From NCBI GenBank assembly GCA_002269645.1, contig NIVC01000222.1, positions 186,001-250,000 of the forward strand: a DNA stretch of 64,000 nt, given 5' to 3'. Shown here piece after piece: positions 1 through 20,983 of this stretch. The stretch is from Macrostomum lignano. Its lineage: Eukaryota. Made by a program: the position numbers and the translations under genes. The notes under the pieces are model-generated. The model had not been told where the DNA came from, searched no databases, and saw nothing but the letters and a program-made list of their open reading frames with translations. Within the stretch, counting starts at the first letter, position 1. Each line of letters begins with the position of its first letter.

Positions 1-1115
1 GTCCAGCCAGCCTTGGTCAGGCGATCGGCCAGCTCGTTGCCAGGGTGGCCCGAGTGCCCGGGGATCCACTCTATAGGGACACCTTGTTAGATGCGACTAA
101 GCGGTTGAGCTGCCTGATGCAGTCGAGGACTGTACGATAGCAGGTGATGGTGTGCGCTCAAGGGCGTGGACCGAGTGGAGGATCATCTCCTTCCCCCAGA
201 CGCGCTGATGGCGCAGGAGCTGATGCGAGAACTTCGTTCTGGAAGACGGTGGAGCAGGTGCCGGTGTGCTGGAAAGAAGGCCACCACAGTTCTCCCTCCA
301 GACACGATGCAGTAGCCGTAGCCAGAGGCGGAGTTGATTTGGGACCCGTCAGTGAAGCAGTGGATTTCACGGGGTTTCCGGTTGTCCCTAGCCTCATGGC
401 TTGGTGGAATGCTGGTTTTGAATTAGAGCGGAGGGCAGAGCGTGGACGGAATTCCGTCCGAGAGGGTCAGCAGGCTTCCTACTGCTTCCAGGTCTCGCAG
501 GCTGTCACCGTGCGGCCGGAGGTTCCGCTTCCTGAAGGCGAACTGCTTCTGGATGGGGACACCCGCGTCAAGCAGACGGCGGGTCGGGTTGGTCTTCTTT
601 GCCTGCCCTTTGACAAAGAGGTTAAGGGGGAATGTCCAGGAAGGAGTTCATACCAGCACAGGGTGTAGAGGGAGCCGTGTTCATGATAGCTCGACAAGCG
701 CGGCCTTGCACCCTGCTAAGAGCATCGAGAACCCCTTTCACCTCTAGGGAACTGTTCCAAATGAAGCCGGCGAAGGAGATGGCCGGTCTCACGATGGCAG
801 AGTAAATCCACCAGAGGCGACGGGGTGTGAGGCCCCAGGTAGCGCCAAAAGCTTTGTAGATCTGCGCAAGAATCGCGAGAGCTTTGCGGGCTTTGGTTTG
901 GACGTGTGGAGTCCAGTTCAACCTGTGGTCGAGAGGGTGATGCCCAGACATCTGGTTTGTTTCTCCATGGCAACGGGTTTGTCATAGAGGGAGAGCGGTT
1001 CGATCGTCCAGTTTCGGCGGCTGGTGAACATAATAGCCACGGTTTTAGACTCAGAGAACCTGAGACCCCGGCTCCAGGTCCAGCTACAGCGGCTATACCA
1101 CGCTTTGATGCTGAT
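1..1115 (-). mobile_element. Degenerate non-LTR retrotransposon fragment (RT C-terminus plus RNase H; I/R1/LOA-like group)
   Basis: Minus-strand translation across frameshifts gives W..GLRFSESKTVAIMFT, RCLGITL-DHRLNWTPHV, LWWIYSAIVRPAISF, then RNase H motifs CFTDGS, STVFQNEVLA and WIPGHSGHPGNELADRL. Runs off the window edge. Confidence 0.85.
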
Positions 1116-1184
1116 AGATGTACATGTAGTTCGGATACTTTTGGTTAAACCGGTTGCTTTGATACCTTTTACTGTTGCTAAATG

Positions 1185-1340
1185 CCTGCGGAGCCAAAAT
1201 GAATGCATTCGGCGCCAAAAATGAGCGATGAGAACACCGATTCTGAAAAAATGTACATGTACGACTTCAGTCATGTACATGTAGATGTAGAATTCCCGGC
1301 TTTGCCCCCCCACAATAAAATCCATGGCGACGCGGCGCTG
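1185..1340 (+). mobile_element. Partial (right-end) copy of the hAT-like MITE at 3547-3916
   Basis: Shares ctgcgg.gccaaaatgagtgc-like units and the terminal ccccccac.ataaaatccatggcgacgc with 3700-3916. Confidence 0.6.
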
Positions 1341-1599
1341 GCCAATTCACCAGACCTGGCACCCTCAAACTTTATATTCGTAATTACATGTAAGCTGCTC
1401 TGTCAACTTTTGCATGTAAATAAGCGACCGCTCCGCGGGCCCCATTTCGAGTTTAACGAAGAGCTATAAGTCTCTAGGAACCTAACCCCTTGCCAACCAG
1501 TGGCTGGAGAATCAATCGGCAGAGTTCTACACGTACACATGTACACTAGCGACATCCGGGCGCTGCGCGACCGATTTCAAGAAGTGAATTGATCGCCAG

Positions 1600-2372
1600 G
1601 GAGGTTGACTTAACTTGATTTAGCTGCAGGGGGCGTCCGGCGGATGCAGCGAGGAGGCGGAGGAGACCGCCCATTCCGCTAGCCCCTGGAGACCATGACT
1701 TCCATCGAAGTGATGTCGCTCAGGGGGACCCGTCGGTCTCGCCTGCAGCGCGGTCCTCCTCACCGGCGGTGGGGAAGAAATAAGCTCTCCCGTGTCCCTG
1801 AGGTACCGGGCGAGCAGCGGAATGCTCTCGGGCCTGCAAACGTCGGAGAGAACCGGGTTTGGCCCGAGGTGAGTGAGCCTGGCCCTGGTGAAAACCGGGC
1901 AGTGGCAGATAAAATGCTCGGCGAGCGGGGAAGGGGCACCGTTCCTCGGGTACTTGGCCCTGAAGGAAGCGGTGGCGAGAAGCAGCCATGCCCGGAGAAG
2001 GCCATGCTGACTGCGCTGAGGTCTCTGCGGTTGAGGGCTCTACGCAGGAGAGGAGAGCGGTAGGGGGTCTTGCCACCAACCGCAGAGTGAAAAATAGATT
2101 CCGACAGTGCTGCCTTCGGCGCAGCTCTGCCGCGCAGCAGCTGATGGCAAGCACCTCGCTCTGAAAAACACTGGAGTTGAGCCCAGTGTGCTGGGAGTAG
2201 CTCCACACTCTTCTCCCTTGAAGAAGACGCAAGCTCCGAAGCCTGAAAGACCATGCCTCATTGAGCCGTCAGTGTAACAGTGGACTTCAGAATCGCTCCA
2301 GCTGTCACTCGCCTCGTGTCGAGGCTGAATAGTGCAGTGACCTTATACCTTTGGCTCAGGATAAGGGTGGCT
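1600..2372 (-). mobile_element. Second copy of the RNase H-bearing LINE: RNase H N-half, internal deletion, C-terminal zinc-knuckle region and 3' end
   Basis: Minus strand reads EVHCYTDGS, SSVFQSEVLAISCC, then jumps to RRDLSAVSMAFSGHG..ERCPF..EHFICHCPVF, with a stop near 1682. Multiple frameshifts. Confidence 0.8.
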
Positions 2373-2377
2373 CGGAC

Positions 2378-2625
2378 GGGAAAAGTTACCGTCGGCAAAA
2401 GTTTACGTCGGCAATGTATTTTGAATGGGAAAAGTTAGCGTCGGCAAAAGCTTACGTCGGCAATGTATTTTGAATGGGAAAACTTAGCGTCGGCAAAAGT
2501 TTACGTCGGCAATGTATTTTGAATGGGAAAAGTTAGCGTCGGCAAAAGTTTACGTCGGCAATGTATTTTGAATGGGAAAAGTTAGCGTCGGCAAAAGTTT
2601 ACGTCGGCAATGTATTTTGAACATC
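2378..2625. repeat. 49-bp tandem repeat, about 5 copies
   Basis: Unit gtttacgtcggcaatgtattttgaatgggaaaagttagcgtcggcaaaa recurs at 2401, 2450 and onward. Confidence 0.9.
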
Positions 2626-3546
2626 TTTGATTGAATGTCAATTTTTCCTGGTTTAATTTGTCATTATTATGAAGGCAGCGTTGAAGCTCTTATTTTTTCG
2701 ATTTTTTTGTGCTAAGTAGTTAAGTTTCCTTGCTGATTGGTAATTGTGTTATAATTCATACATTATAATTTCTCTTTTTCTAAGAAATATTGACTTAAAA
2801 TATTTTAGTAGGTTCCTAGTCATTTCGTCATCTGGGGTGTCTGTGCTGCTCACCTCGACTAGGGTCACTTCGTCATCTTAATTAGCATGTATACTACCTG
2901 AAGATAGTCATTTCGTCATCCACACCAATCTCCATGCAATCATATTAGTTCTAACTTCCAAGTGAATTAATGTGCCAATCAAACATATTTACTTGAAACC
3001 TAATGATCCCAGTCATTTTGTCATCTCGATTGATAAAACCTGTCGATTGATCGGTTCTGCTTGCCGCAGCTTAATAGTTAATACAAACAAAAAATGGTTT
3101 ACACTAACTCGAATCTTACACAGATTGATTATTGGTTGATGACGAAGTTTACTCAGCAACATTGAAAAGTCGCCACTTTTCTAGCCCAATCCCGTTTGCT
3201 CGATGTGGCTCGTGACTTACATGTAAGTCGTGCTATAGCTTCCGACTCTAGCTGGTACTGGATTCCGACAATTGCATGTCCAGCCCTGCAGCAATCCGCT
3301 GCCCTCTCGAAGCCGAGCAGGTGCAGCAGCAGGTTTATTGTGGTGCACTTTTGCCGGTGGCGTAGCCTGCCGGAATTGGAGCTTCATATTTCCCTTCGCC
3401 CGGGGTGTGCAGACTTGCGCCGCTTGACAATAGATGTCGAAAGCGTCGGCCGGTCCATCGATTCCACTGGACTGCCGCAGGAGTCCGCTTGCTGTTAGAA
3501 ACGGTGCCCGGTGGACTCACTTAGAGCCATTCTCGTCGCCTGCAGT

Positions 3547-3916
3547 CAGGCGCGTCGCCACCGGCCGGGGGGACAGGGGGACATGTCCCCCAGCAGTAAA
3601 AGCTCTGGAAGGGGGACATGCAAATGCTTTGTCCCCCCCCACCCCACCTTGTGAGTCGTTGTGGTAATCAATGCAATAATTTTTCTTCAGGGCGCTAAAA
3701 TGAGTGCCTGCGGCGCCAAAAGGAGTGCCTGCGGCGCCAAAAGGAGTGCCTGCGGCGCCAAAAGGAGTGCCTGCGGCGCCAAAAGGAGTGCCTGCGGCGC
3801 CAAAAGGAGTGCCTGCGGCGCCAAAATGAGTGCCAAAATTTTGTCATGTAAAAATTTACATGTTGAAATCTTGGCTTTATCCCCCCCCCACCATAAAATC
3901 CATGGCGACGCCCCTG
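3547..3916. mobile_element. hAT-like MITE with 14-bp TIRs and a perfect 8-bp TSD
   Basis: Left CAGGCGCGTCGCCA, right TGGCGACGCCCCTG (13/14 match). TSD CCTGCAGT at 3539-3546 and 3917-3924. Internal 21-bp tandem aaaaggagtgcctgcggcgcc, about 6 copies. Confidence 0.85.
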
Positions 3917-5344
3917 CCTGCAGTTGTCGAGTATTTTTTGCAGTTGCAATTGCAGTAAAAATTAACACGTTATTGATCGCTCCAGTATATTTATACGAGT
4001 ATTTACGAGCTGATAGCGTTTATAAAATAAAAACTGACAAAACGATAAATAAAATATACATGTACGAATACCAGAATTTCTTAAGTGTCTATTGCACCTG
4101 AGTTGCAGACGTTTGGTTTTTAAACAACGTGGAGCCGATCCTTGCTCCCTTTCGTTTGGTTTTGACCTATTACCGATGACAGAGCTAATCGCTCTTGACT
4201 CGCATTTGAGTCCACTCCACTTTAGGAACCGCAACGCGGCTACTACCATACCGATACTACCGGGGAAGCACGGGAAAGCTGTGAAGGCTGCGAACAGTTG
4301 TGTCTTGTGGCGCCGTGAGTGTGATGAGAGTGTGAATGGTAGAGATCTGTTATCACTGGAAGGCCGTAAGAATTGTATCGCATCCGGCCCTGGACGAGAT
4401 CTATCTCGCACTGGAAACCATCTTTAAACGAGACTTCAGGTTCCGTCATCCTACTCTCTTATTCGTCAGTCACAGCCACAAAAAAAACCCCGCTGAAAAG
4501 TCCTCTGTTTGGTATAGCAGACCCCTGATGAACGCCCAAACAGAGTCCCATCTTCTCTCCTATAGGCAACTCCCCCCTACTAGCTATAGCTCTAACACTC
4601 CTGATCATCATGGCGGGCCCCTGCTTCTAGAGTGAGAAATGGCGTTGCGTATGCTCACAAGGGGTGGTGGCAGCCTCCGTGGTCGCCTGCAGCGGCCTGG
4701 AGACCAACAAGGCATAGTATAGCAGCCAGAGGGATCTGTGTGTAATCTTTACCCCCAGGCCCGAATGCCATATGTATCTATGACCAGGGGACTGCGCCTA
4801 CCTTTCTACCACGCCCCCTATAGCCCATCTCTCTTTCTAAGAAGTCCATGAACGCTACGGGCCGAAAGGATCGAGCTGCGGATGCTATAAATGACAAAAC
4901 TATAAGGACGGTTTAATTAAAAAACTAGTTGCCCTTGAGTGAAACAAATATTGAGTTTTAAATCCAGATCGGACAAGAAAATGCTGAAAAATCAAGGACT
5001 ATTTAAAGTTACAAGCATACGTCGGGCCTATAAAGCCGTCTATCAGGGAAAAGAATCGTTGTCTTTGTGTTAATTTTTTATGCAATGGGATCCAATAATT
5101 AATGAGAGGCTGCGAGCGATATAGAACCGACCAGGAACCATGGGCGAGCTTATGAATATCTCATGTAAGACAGCGATGCGCCAGCAGATGTACGTCCGGC
5201 TGACATACTCGTATACATGTACCAACGCGTCTTCCATTGGCGGATTGTAAAAAGACCCAAGTAAACTTTTACCAACGTCGTTCATATACATGTAGATTTG
5301 GGGTTCACGTCCAATACGTTGGCGGACGTCGGAATGCTGCACAA

Positions 5345-5895
5345 CCATGTTAAGCAGTGCAAGTCGTTCGAACCGTTGAAAAAGTTACCGTGACAAGACT
5401 CGCAAGAATCATTGCAAACAACTTAACTATGTCGTGACTCTAGCGACGCTGGGACGACTCAAGGACCACTAGAAGTTACCGTGTAGTTACTTGTTAACGA
5501 CTCAAGCGACTGCAATGCAACGGAGAGGTGACTGTTGAGTCACGATCGAGTGCATCACGTGAGTTGCAGAATCGTAAAAGAGTCACGACAAAGTCGTCTA
5601 AGAGTCCTTGTGTTAGCGCTTAACTTTCTACTAATTCAATTAGACTATATTACTATATATCTGCAAAATGCGATTCTAATTATTCTATAGTGACTCAGAT
5701 GTGCTTTAGACGCAACTCAGAGTGATTCTACAGCGACTTGCGTCGCCCCCGTTTTTGGCGATTTTTACCGTAATATATCGTCGTTTTAGAGTCGCTTAGA
5801 ATCACTTCTTTCCTGTTTTACCTGTGTAACCTGCAGCGACTCAGAAGCGACTCTGGGGCGACGCAAGTTACTCTGGCACGCTTCTTGGCCTAGGT
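5345..5895 (+). mobile_element. Unclassified dispersed repeat (family X), copy 1
   Basis: Alignable by eye with 14865-15515 (gcaac.gagaggtgactgtt.agtcacga...cacgtgagttgcagaatcgtaaaagag...ttagcgcttaactttctactaa) and with the reverse complement of 37395-37545. Confidence 0.7.
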
Positions 5896-6992
5896 AATGT
5901 ATTCATCCTCGGACGCACTACTGCTCTTCCATTCAGCCTCCATGCGAATGCACCGGATTTTTTAAACCGCAACGAACTTCAAACCGAAATAAACAGTCTG
6001 TTTTTCAATTGTTTGAAGAGTTTTTCTCTTGCCAATTTTTAATTGCTCAACAACAGCTGCTTTTGGCTCCAAATAAACTGAACCACAGTCTTTCGACTTA
6101 TAAAAGAGTCAAAACTTACGATTTATATGCGCTGTAATTTTTTACAGCGATTTAAAAACCAGCTGTAATAACGCAAATCTGTTTTATTGTCTTTCGCGAC
6201 TATAGGAAGTGGACCATCTGCAATAATCAGAATTGGCTGGTGGGCTAAAAACTGAGTAAAAATATATGCTCTCTTTTTCAGTTTTGCGAATTGGAAGTCA
6301 CGGAATTTCTAACTGAAAGTGAGACTCATGCAGGCCGCGCTTGTTAAAATAGACCAACAAATGACTTGCATGAGTAAGTTTTACTAAGTCTGCTGTGAGA
6401 TGCTACAAGTCTTCATAACTTTAATGGCGGAGTTCTTTACTGAAAATAGTGATGGGGACGCACTTTTTTTCCAAATCCCGCGCTAGCACATGGGCTCTAA
6501 ACTTACTAGCCTACTAACAGTGGGCAGTGGGCATTTTTATCCTTTTTCTGCGAATTGTCATAGAATCTATACTAGATATAATGTTTGGTCATACTAGTAG
6601 TCATAATAACATAGGCGCAGCTTTTTGGGTCATAAATCATCGCTTTCGAAGCTGGTCTGACAGCCACCTGCGCCTCACTCAGTGTTGAGGCGGGCGCCAG
6701 ATGGTCTGAGAGGATGCGGGCGGTAGCTTTTTCTCATCATTTTGACAGGCCATCAGATTTATGAGGTCAGAGCCTATTGTTCGTGTTCACTCAAGCGTGT
6801 GACAGCTTTGACAGCTATGCGTTTTACCCCTAAAAGTGGGATTAGCAATTAGCGATTTCTTTTCATTATCTTCACTTTCTATTTAATAAGAGCTTTCTAA
6901 TGTATATTTTTTCATTAATTTTTGTCAATTCTACGTGAAAAGTCATAAATCATGTTGTTGCGATTTTGATTGATTTATGGCCGCACCTGTCA

Positions 6993-7869
6993 TGTTTTTA
7001 CGACCCGAGGGAACTAATAGGATCTCCTGGTCACGTGATTCTGGGTAGCAGCAAGCTTAGCCAATCAGAAAATTCGACACTCATTTTAACAAATCGGATC
7101 AGCCAATCAGAATCGACGTGTTCCATTATAACAAACTGCGGTCCAGTTGGCGGCTATTTAAACCGATGTTTTTGGCCCGCTCGGACCTCACTCCGCCTGG
7201 GACCTCAGCCTAGATTGAGACATCCCGGAGCGCGGCCGTCGTTTCTTGATCCCCGGATTGCGACCTCCCCCATCATCATCAAGGACGAGTCCCTCCGGTC
7301 ATCAGCAGCGAACATCAAAGTTAAGAGCATCACCTGCTAGCTATCTGCGAAGATTGTGACATCAGCATCATCCCGGGTCTACAGCTGCGAAGCACTAAGC
7401 CGATTCGGTCACTGTGGATTACCTGGTCTCCGGCTGTTGAGTTTCTGATTGGTTGGGTGAGAGGCTACCTAGACTTGCTTGATTGGGTGATTCCTTATCT
7501 GTCCCCTGTTTCAGTAGCTGGATTAGGCGCACACTATTGCTCATTTTGTTCAGTAGTGCTGTTGCTGAGGCAGAAGTCATTCAATAATACTGCTAGTAGT
7601 CTAAAACTCCAATTCAATCTGAAGTGTGAAGTGATCTGAGGAGAAGGTTAAATCTGACAGTTATTTTTATCAGTTTTATTTCTTTGTTCGCCAATGGCTC
7701 AGATGAGTAGCTAAGCTAGTAGGCGCCGGTCACAGTGGACCAATGGCAAGGCAGTTCTCAGTCGATCAATCTATCAAATCAGTGAGCAAAATAGCCAGCA
7801 GTACAGAATCGGCGTCACAGATGTACTCTGTGCACTCTAGGTTCGCCAAGCGGCTCGGGTAATGAATCA
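6993..7869 (+). mobile_element. Possible solo LTR or promoter-bearing repeat
   Basis: TG...CA ends with subterminal ACCCGAG/CTCGGGT inverted match, E-box CACGTG at 7032, two AGCCAATCAGAA boxes (7059, 7101), TATTTAAA at 7155. No clear TSD. Confidence 0.3.
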
Positions 7870-8565
7870 TGCGGTCTCTGATGTTCGAGTTAGTCTATCA
7901 TCAGCGCTAGGAGAGGCTAGTTGGCGCGTTGAAGGCCAAAAGTACAATTCTTCGTATTTAGCAATGTAATAAGTACATGTAGCTACCCCATAGTCTCGCC
8001 ACTGCAAGAATCCCCTGCACAAGTCCCCTCTGTACCTGCATGGCCAACGCGATCTAGTCCCAGCGGTGTCCCTTATCATCGGCTATGACTTCGAGATTGA
8101 CAGCAAAAAGACACTAGTTGGCAGTTAAGTGCAAAGCCCCTTCTAGTCGGAAGCCCGATTTTGAGATTCCCGGTGTGGTGAGCCAGGGCGCACGGGCTGG
8201 TCGCAGCAAGTTAGTTGATCTGCGGATTAGCTAATTTCTACCTTCAAAATTCTCCCTGCTCGTCTCTCGCTGTCCCTCTCTTAGCTATAGGACCTAGACT
8301 GCTCGCCACACGATCAAGCTACCATGGGGCTGACCATCTGACAGGAGTGGGGGCCAGGACTCTAATTGATTGATTTCTGAGACCTGAGGCCGAAAGGTCG
8401 AAACCCATCAATAGGTATAAAAATTAATTAAACACGTCAAATAGTCGATTATAACCTAATTATTTAAATACAATTTCATGTCTGTCACAAGCATCTCTCA
8501 GTATTTATAACAATCTTAATTTTGCAAAGTTACTTAATAAACACCAAATTAAGACACTTAGAGTT

Positions 8566-8820
8566 AAGTCGGGGGTTCTAACAATTTGTGCCCTTGAGCA
8601 AGACACATAACTCTGCATTGCTTCAGCTCACCCAGCTGTAAAATGGGTGCCAGCATTAGCTGGGGTAATTGAGGATTTGTGTGGCGACCCCCCTCCAGTC
8701 CTTGGACTGAACAGCCGTACGCAGCCTTCAGATGCGCCGCGCAATAGCTGCGGCTGAGCTGTCGGTTGCACATCTGCCCTTTTAAAGCAGGTGTAATCAA
8801 ATATTATTGGTATTATTATT
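8566..8820 (+). mobile_element. tRNA-derived SINE family A (CORE/MIR-like centre), 5'-truncated
   Basis: gtgcccttgagcaagacac..cattgcttcagctcacccagctgtaaaatgggtgcc shared with the copies at 29366, 40045 and 50165; att-rich tail. Confidence 0.8.
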
Positions 8821-9183
8821 TATAAAGAATTTTATTTATAAAGAAAGTCAGGACAGCATATTAGTACCAAATATTCTTAATCGGTAGCATGCATGTGATG
8901 TTCTTGGGAAGGGCAATAAAGTACCTAATTGCCTTCCGTCACGATCTAGATGTGCTTCAAGTGAATAGCAGCATATGAACTGCATATCTATGGCTTAAAC
9001 GTACATAATGTATTGCAGAAAAATACTTAACTCTAACTTTTGCATTGTACATTATGTGCACGCATATCCGAATTAGAACGAATTAAAAAGCAGTCTCAGC
9101 TTGAGAAAATTAACTCAACTCATAACCCACGGCGTTTAATTTTTTTTACAAAAAGAGTAGTCTAAAACGATTGAACTAAATAA

Positions 9184-9462
9184 ATGAGTCAGGACAGCAT
9201 TAGCCACTGCACTACGGAGACAGTAATGCTCATGGTAGCCATCCTACTACCAGTCGCATTGACTCTATTCTACTTATGGCTGTGCGTCTGGTTCTGGTAC
9301 AACTGCACTATTGCTAAATTTGCATTCGGCTGGTCGCAATTGCCAGATACTTGGCGTTGGCGAGCAAGCAAGCATCGACGGCTTTCAATTGCTGACTCGT
9401 ATACATGTAATAAGACATGCCCGACGACGCCAGTGGCGAATGCGAATGCGATTATTCAGTGA
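9184..9462 (+). CDS. Possible small single-pass membrane protein (92 aa)
   Basis: ATG in A-rich context (aataaATG), one hydrophobic stretch (VMLMVAILLPVALTLFYLWLCVWFW) followed by a basic tail (RASKHRRLS). Non-repetitive, but no recognisable family. Confidence 0.3.
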   Translation: MSQDSISHCTTETVMLMVAILLPVALTLFYLWLCVWFWYNCTIAKFAFGWSQLPDTWRWRASKHRRLSIADSYTCNKTCPTTPVANANAIIQ

Positions 9463-9784
9463 AACAAATAAATTGTTCCATAATTCCAACAGTTTAAAGC
9501 GATTAGAGGCTATTCTGCTGTGGACATAATTTATGTGACGTGTACCATGTCTCACACGATTACAGTATGGTAAAGCATGTCAGAGTGAAATTTAGATAAC
9601 TTGCGAACAAAATGAAGCTAAAATATATAACGCGTGAATTTGCAGAAACAAACGCAAAGTACATGTAGCTCGTAGAATTAGAATACTTTTTTTCATTTCT
9701 CGTTACGAGTATGATGAACTTTTGTTGATGAGTTCCCTAATGATCATGGTCGCTTTTTATCATGTAGTTTTGGGTTAGGAGCCT

Positions 9785-11440
9785 CTGCCAGAAGCGATGC
9801 CATCGAGACGGTGCTGCCGTCGCAGGAAGATTTCAGCACTCAGCCAGTAACCAGCAACGATTTACTGCAGTTCGCTCGCCAGGCCCCGGGGGGTCGCGCC
9901 CAGGACCGGACGGGGTGCCTATAGAGGCGCTGCGAGTCACAAGGGTCGCCACTGAGGTGGCCCACGTGATGAACGACGTCCACTCCGGAGGTGCCGCCCT
10001 CTGCGAGTGGACAACCGCGCACATCATCACGATCCCAAAGAATCCAGGCACGACACGGAAGGAGGAGCACAGACCGGGGATCTCGCTCATGTCTTGCACA
10101 GCGAAGCTGTTCATCCGCGTGCTGCTAGCTCGGTACAGCCTGTGCTGGACCAGTTTCTGCGCCCTGAGCAGAACGGGTTCCGCCCAGATCGCGGTACAGT
10201 GACGCAGATCCTAGCCCTCCGCCGCATCATCGAGGAGGCGCGCATCCATCAGTCAAGTCTCGTGGTGATCTTCATTGATTTCCTCAAGGCTTTCGACTCG
10301 TTGGTTCGCGGCGCGCTGCCTCTCGTGCTTCGCGCATACAATGTACCGGAGCAACTGATTTCCGCTATCATGGCGATGTACCAGAATATGACTGCTTCGG
10401 TGATGACGCCAGATGGACTGTCGGACCAATTCAGCACGTCGTCAGGCGTGTTGCAGGGTGACACTTTGGCGCCTTTCCTGTTTGTGCTGAGAACCGGCCT
10501 ACCCAACACGGATGACGGCTTCCTGCTGAGAAGACGCACGAGTCGGCGGCACCCGGAGAAGCGGCTCTCCGTTCTCAGCTACGCGGACGACCTCGCACTG
10601 CTGTCATCGTCGGTTGAAGGCGCTCAGCGGCTGCTGGATGGCCTGACGGCAGCAGCATCACGAGTCGGCCTCATGCTGACGCGCGGAAGACGGTAGTCTT
10701 CACGGTGGCCCTCGGACCCGCCTGCCGAGATCAACTACCGAGACGCTGCCGGGAGGCAATCATGCTCACCCGTTGCCAGCGGTTCCTGTACCTCGGTGGC
10801 CTCGTGCCGGACGTTGCCGACGACCTGGTGAGACGACGAGGACTGGCCTGGTCCGCGTTTCGTACTGACGTGCGCTCCGTGCTCCAATCTGAGGTCCTGG
10901 GCTCCAAAGCGGGCTCAAGGCTCGACTGCTTCAGGCAGTTCGGCTGTTTCAGGCAGTTGTTGAGACTATCTTGTTGTACAATGACGAGACCTGGACCCTG
11001 ACGGACGCTTTGGAGAGGCAGCTGGACGCTGCGCATGCGGCCATGCTGCGTGCGGCGTTCGGAGTGCGCAGCGGTCCAGGCAGCGAGACAAACGCCGCTT
11101 TCTACTCGAGTGCACGCCTGATGCGGCCTTCGGACCTGCTACGCGGGCGGCGACTTCGACTGGCTGGCCACGTCATCCGGTCGGAGGCTCGCTGCCCTTG
11201 AGCCGCTGCACGAGGTGCTGCTGCTCAAGCTGCAGGGACCGCACTAGGCGAGGCCAAGGGCGAACGGCGAGATATTCTGACAGGCTTTTGACTGATGCTG
11301 GCGCCCCGGACCAAGCTGGGGGGGGGGGGGTGACTTTCTGAGGGCTATGGCCCAGAGACACGCTCTCTGACTTCTCCCCCCTTTCTGGCCACTGCCTGGC
11401 CATGGTGAGTGAAGTATTTTGTTGTTGTTTTTGTTGTTTG
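9785..11440 (+). mobile_element. Degenerate 5'-truncated RTE-type non-LTR retrotransposon (reverse transcriptase)
   Basis: PGPDGVPIEAL, ITIPKNPG, LRPEQNGFRPDRGT, FIDFLKAFDS, GVLQGDTLAPFLF, SYADDLALL, RRLRLAGHVIR over several frameshifts; (TTG)n-like tail near 11420. Confidence 0.9.
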
Positions 11441-11833
11441 GGTTGAGCGACAATAGCTCGTACAGTATTTTACTGTGAATATGCATGCCATAAGTCCACT
11501 CTTGATTAATATACGCAGTCTGAAACTTACATGCATTCGATTTTTTTAGAACTTTGACGGTGTCAAATGTTCAAATAACAGCCAGCAGCCCTAATTTCAA
11601 CTGTATATAAAAAATCATAAAAGAAATCTTTCTTTAAAGTTTTTCGTTTTCTAAAAAGTAGCTAGCAAAAGAAAATAAGAAAAGGAAGTTTTGTTATACT
11701 TGTTATTGTTATGAACTTTTTATGTTGCTGTTTTTTGTTGCTGGCAAAAGTAAATTCAACTTTCGGATATTTAATAATTTTTATCTGTCACGCTTTACAC
11801 GAGTGAATATCGTTTCTATACATACAACTCAAG

Positions 11834-20699
<8,866 letters not shown>

Positions 20700-20983
20700 A
20701 AAGTTGAACATTTTTTATTAGTAGTCTACTATCAGTAGAAATATAAGTAATCTGCTACCTAAATCGATCGAAATTCATGAGTTTCTTTTGTGTAAAAAAC
20801 TACAGCGCAACGAGTACAAGAAAACTGTTGAGCATGTGACTCAAGTGCCAAGCACTTCTTACGTTCGCAATAACAACGGCAGTAACCATGGCAACGCCTA
20901 CCAGATTCAATCGAATGGTTCGGATGCCTATCGGGTAAGTTTGTGTTGATTTGGTTGATTTCTGTCACATTGCATCTGTGCTT

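Noticed and set aside
144-668. 174-aa plus-strand ORF (also 1695-2063)
   Set aside because: Antisense to LINE coding remnants.
2372-3200. Single transposon from the 49-bp array to 3195 with ACGGGA ends
   Set aside because: Only a 6-bp terminal match and a doubtful TSD, and the right flank does not resume the LINE.
4830-4880. Hammerhead-like ctaagaagtcc...ggccgaaaggatc
   Set aside because: The CUGA core is broken and helix III cannot pair; too degenerate to call.
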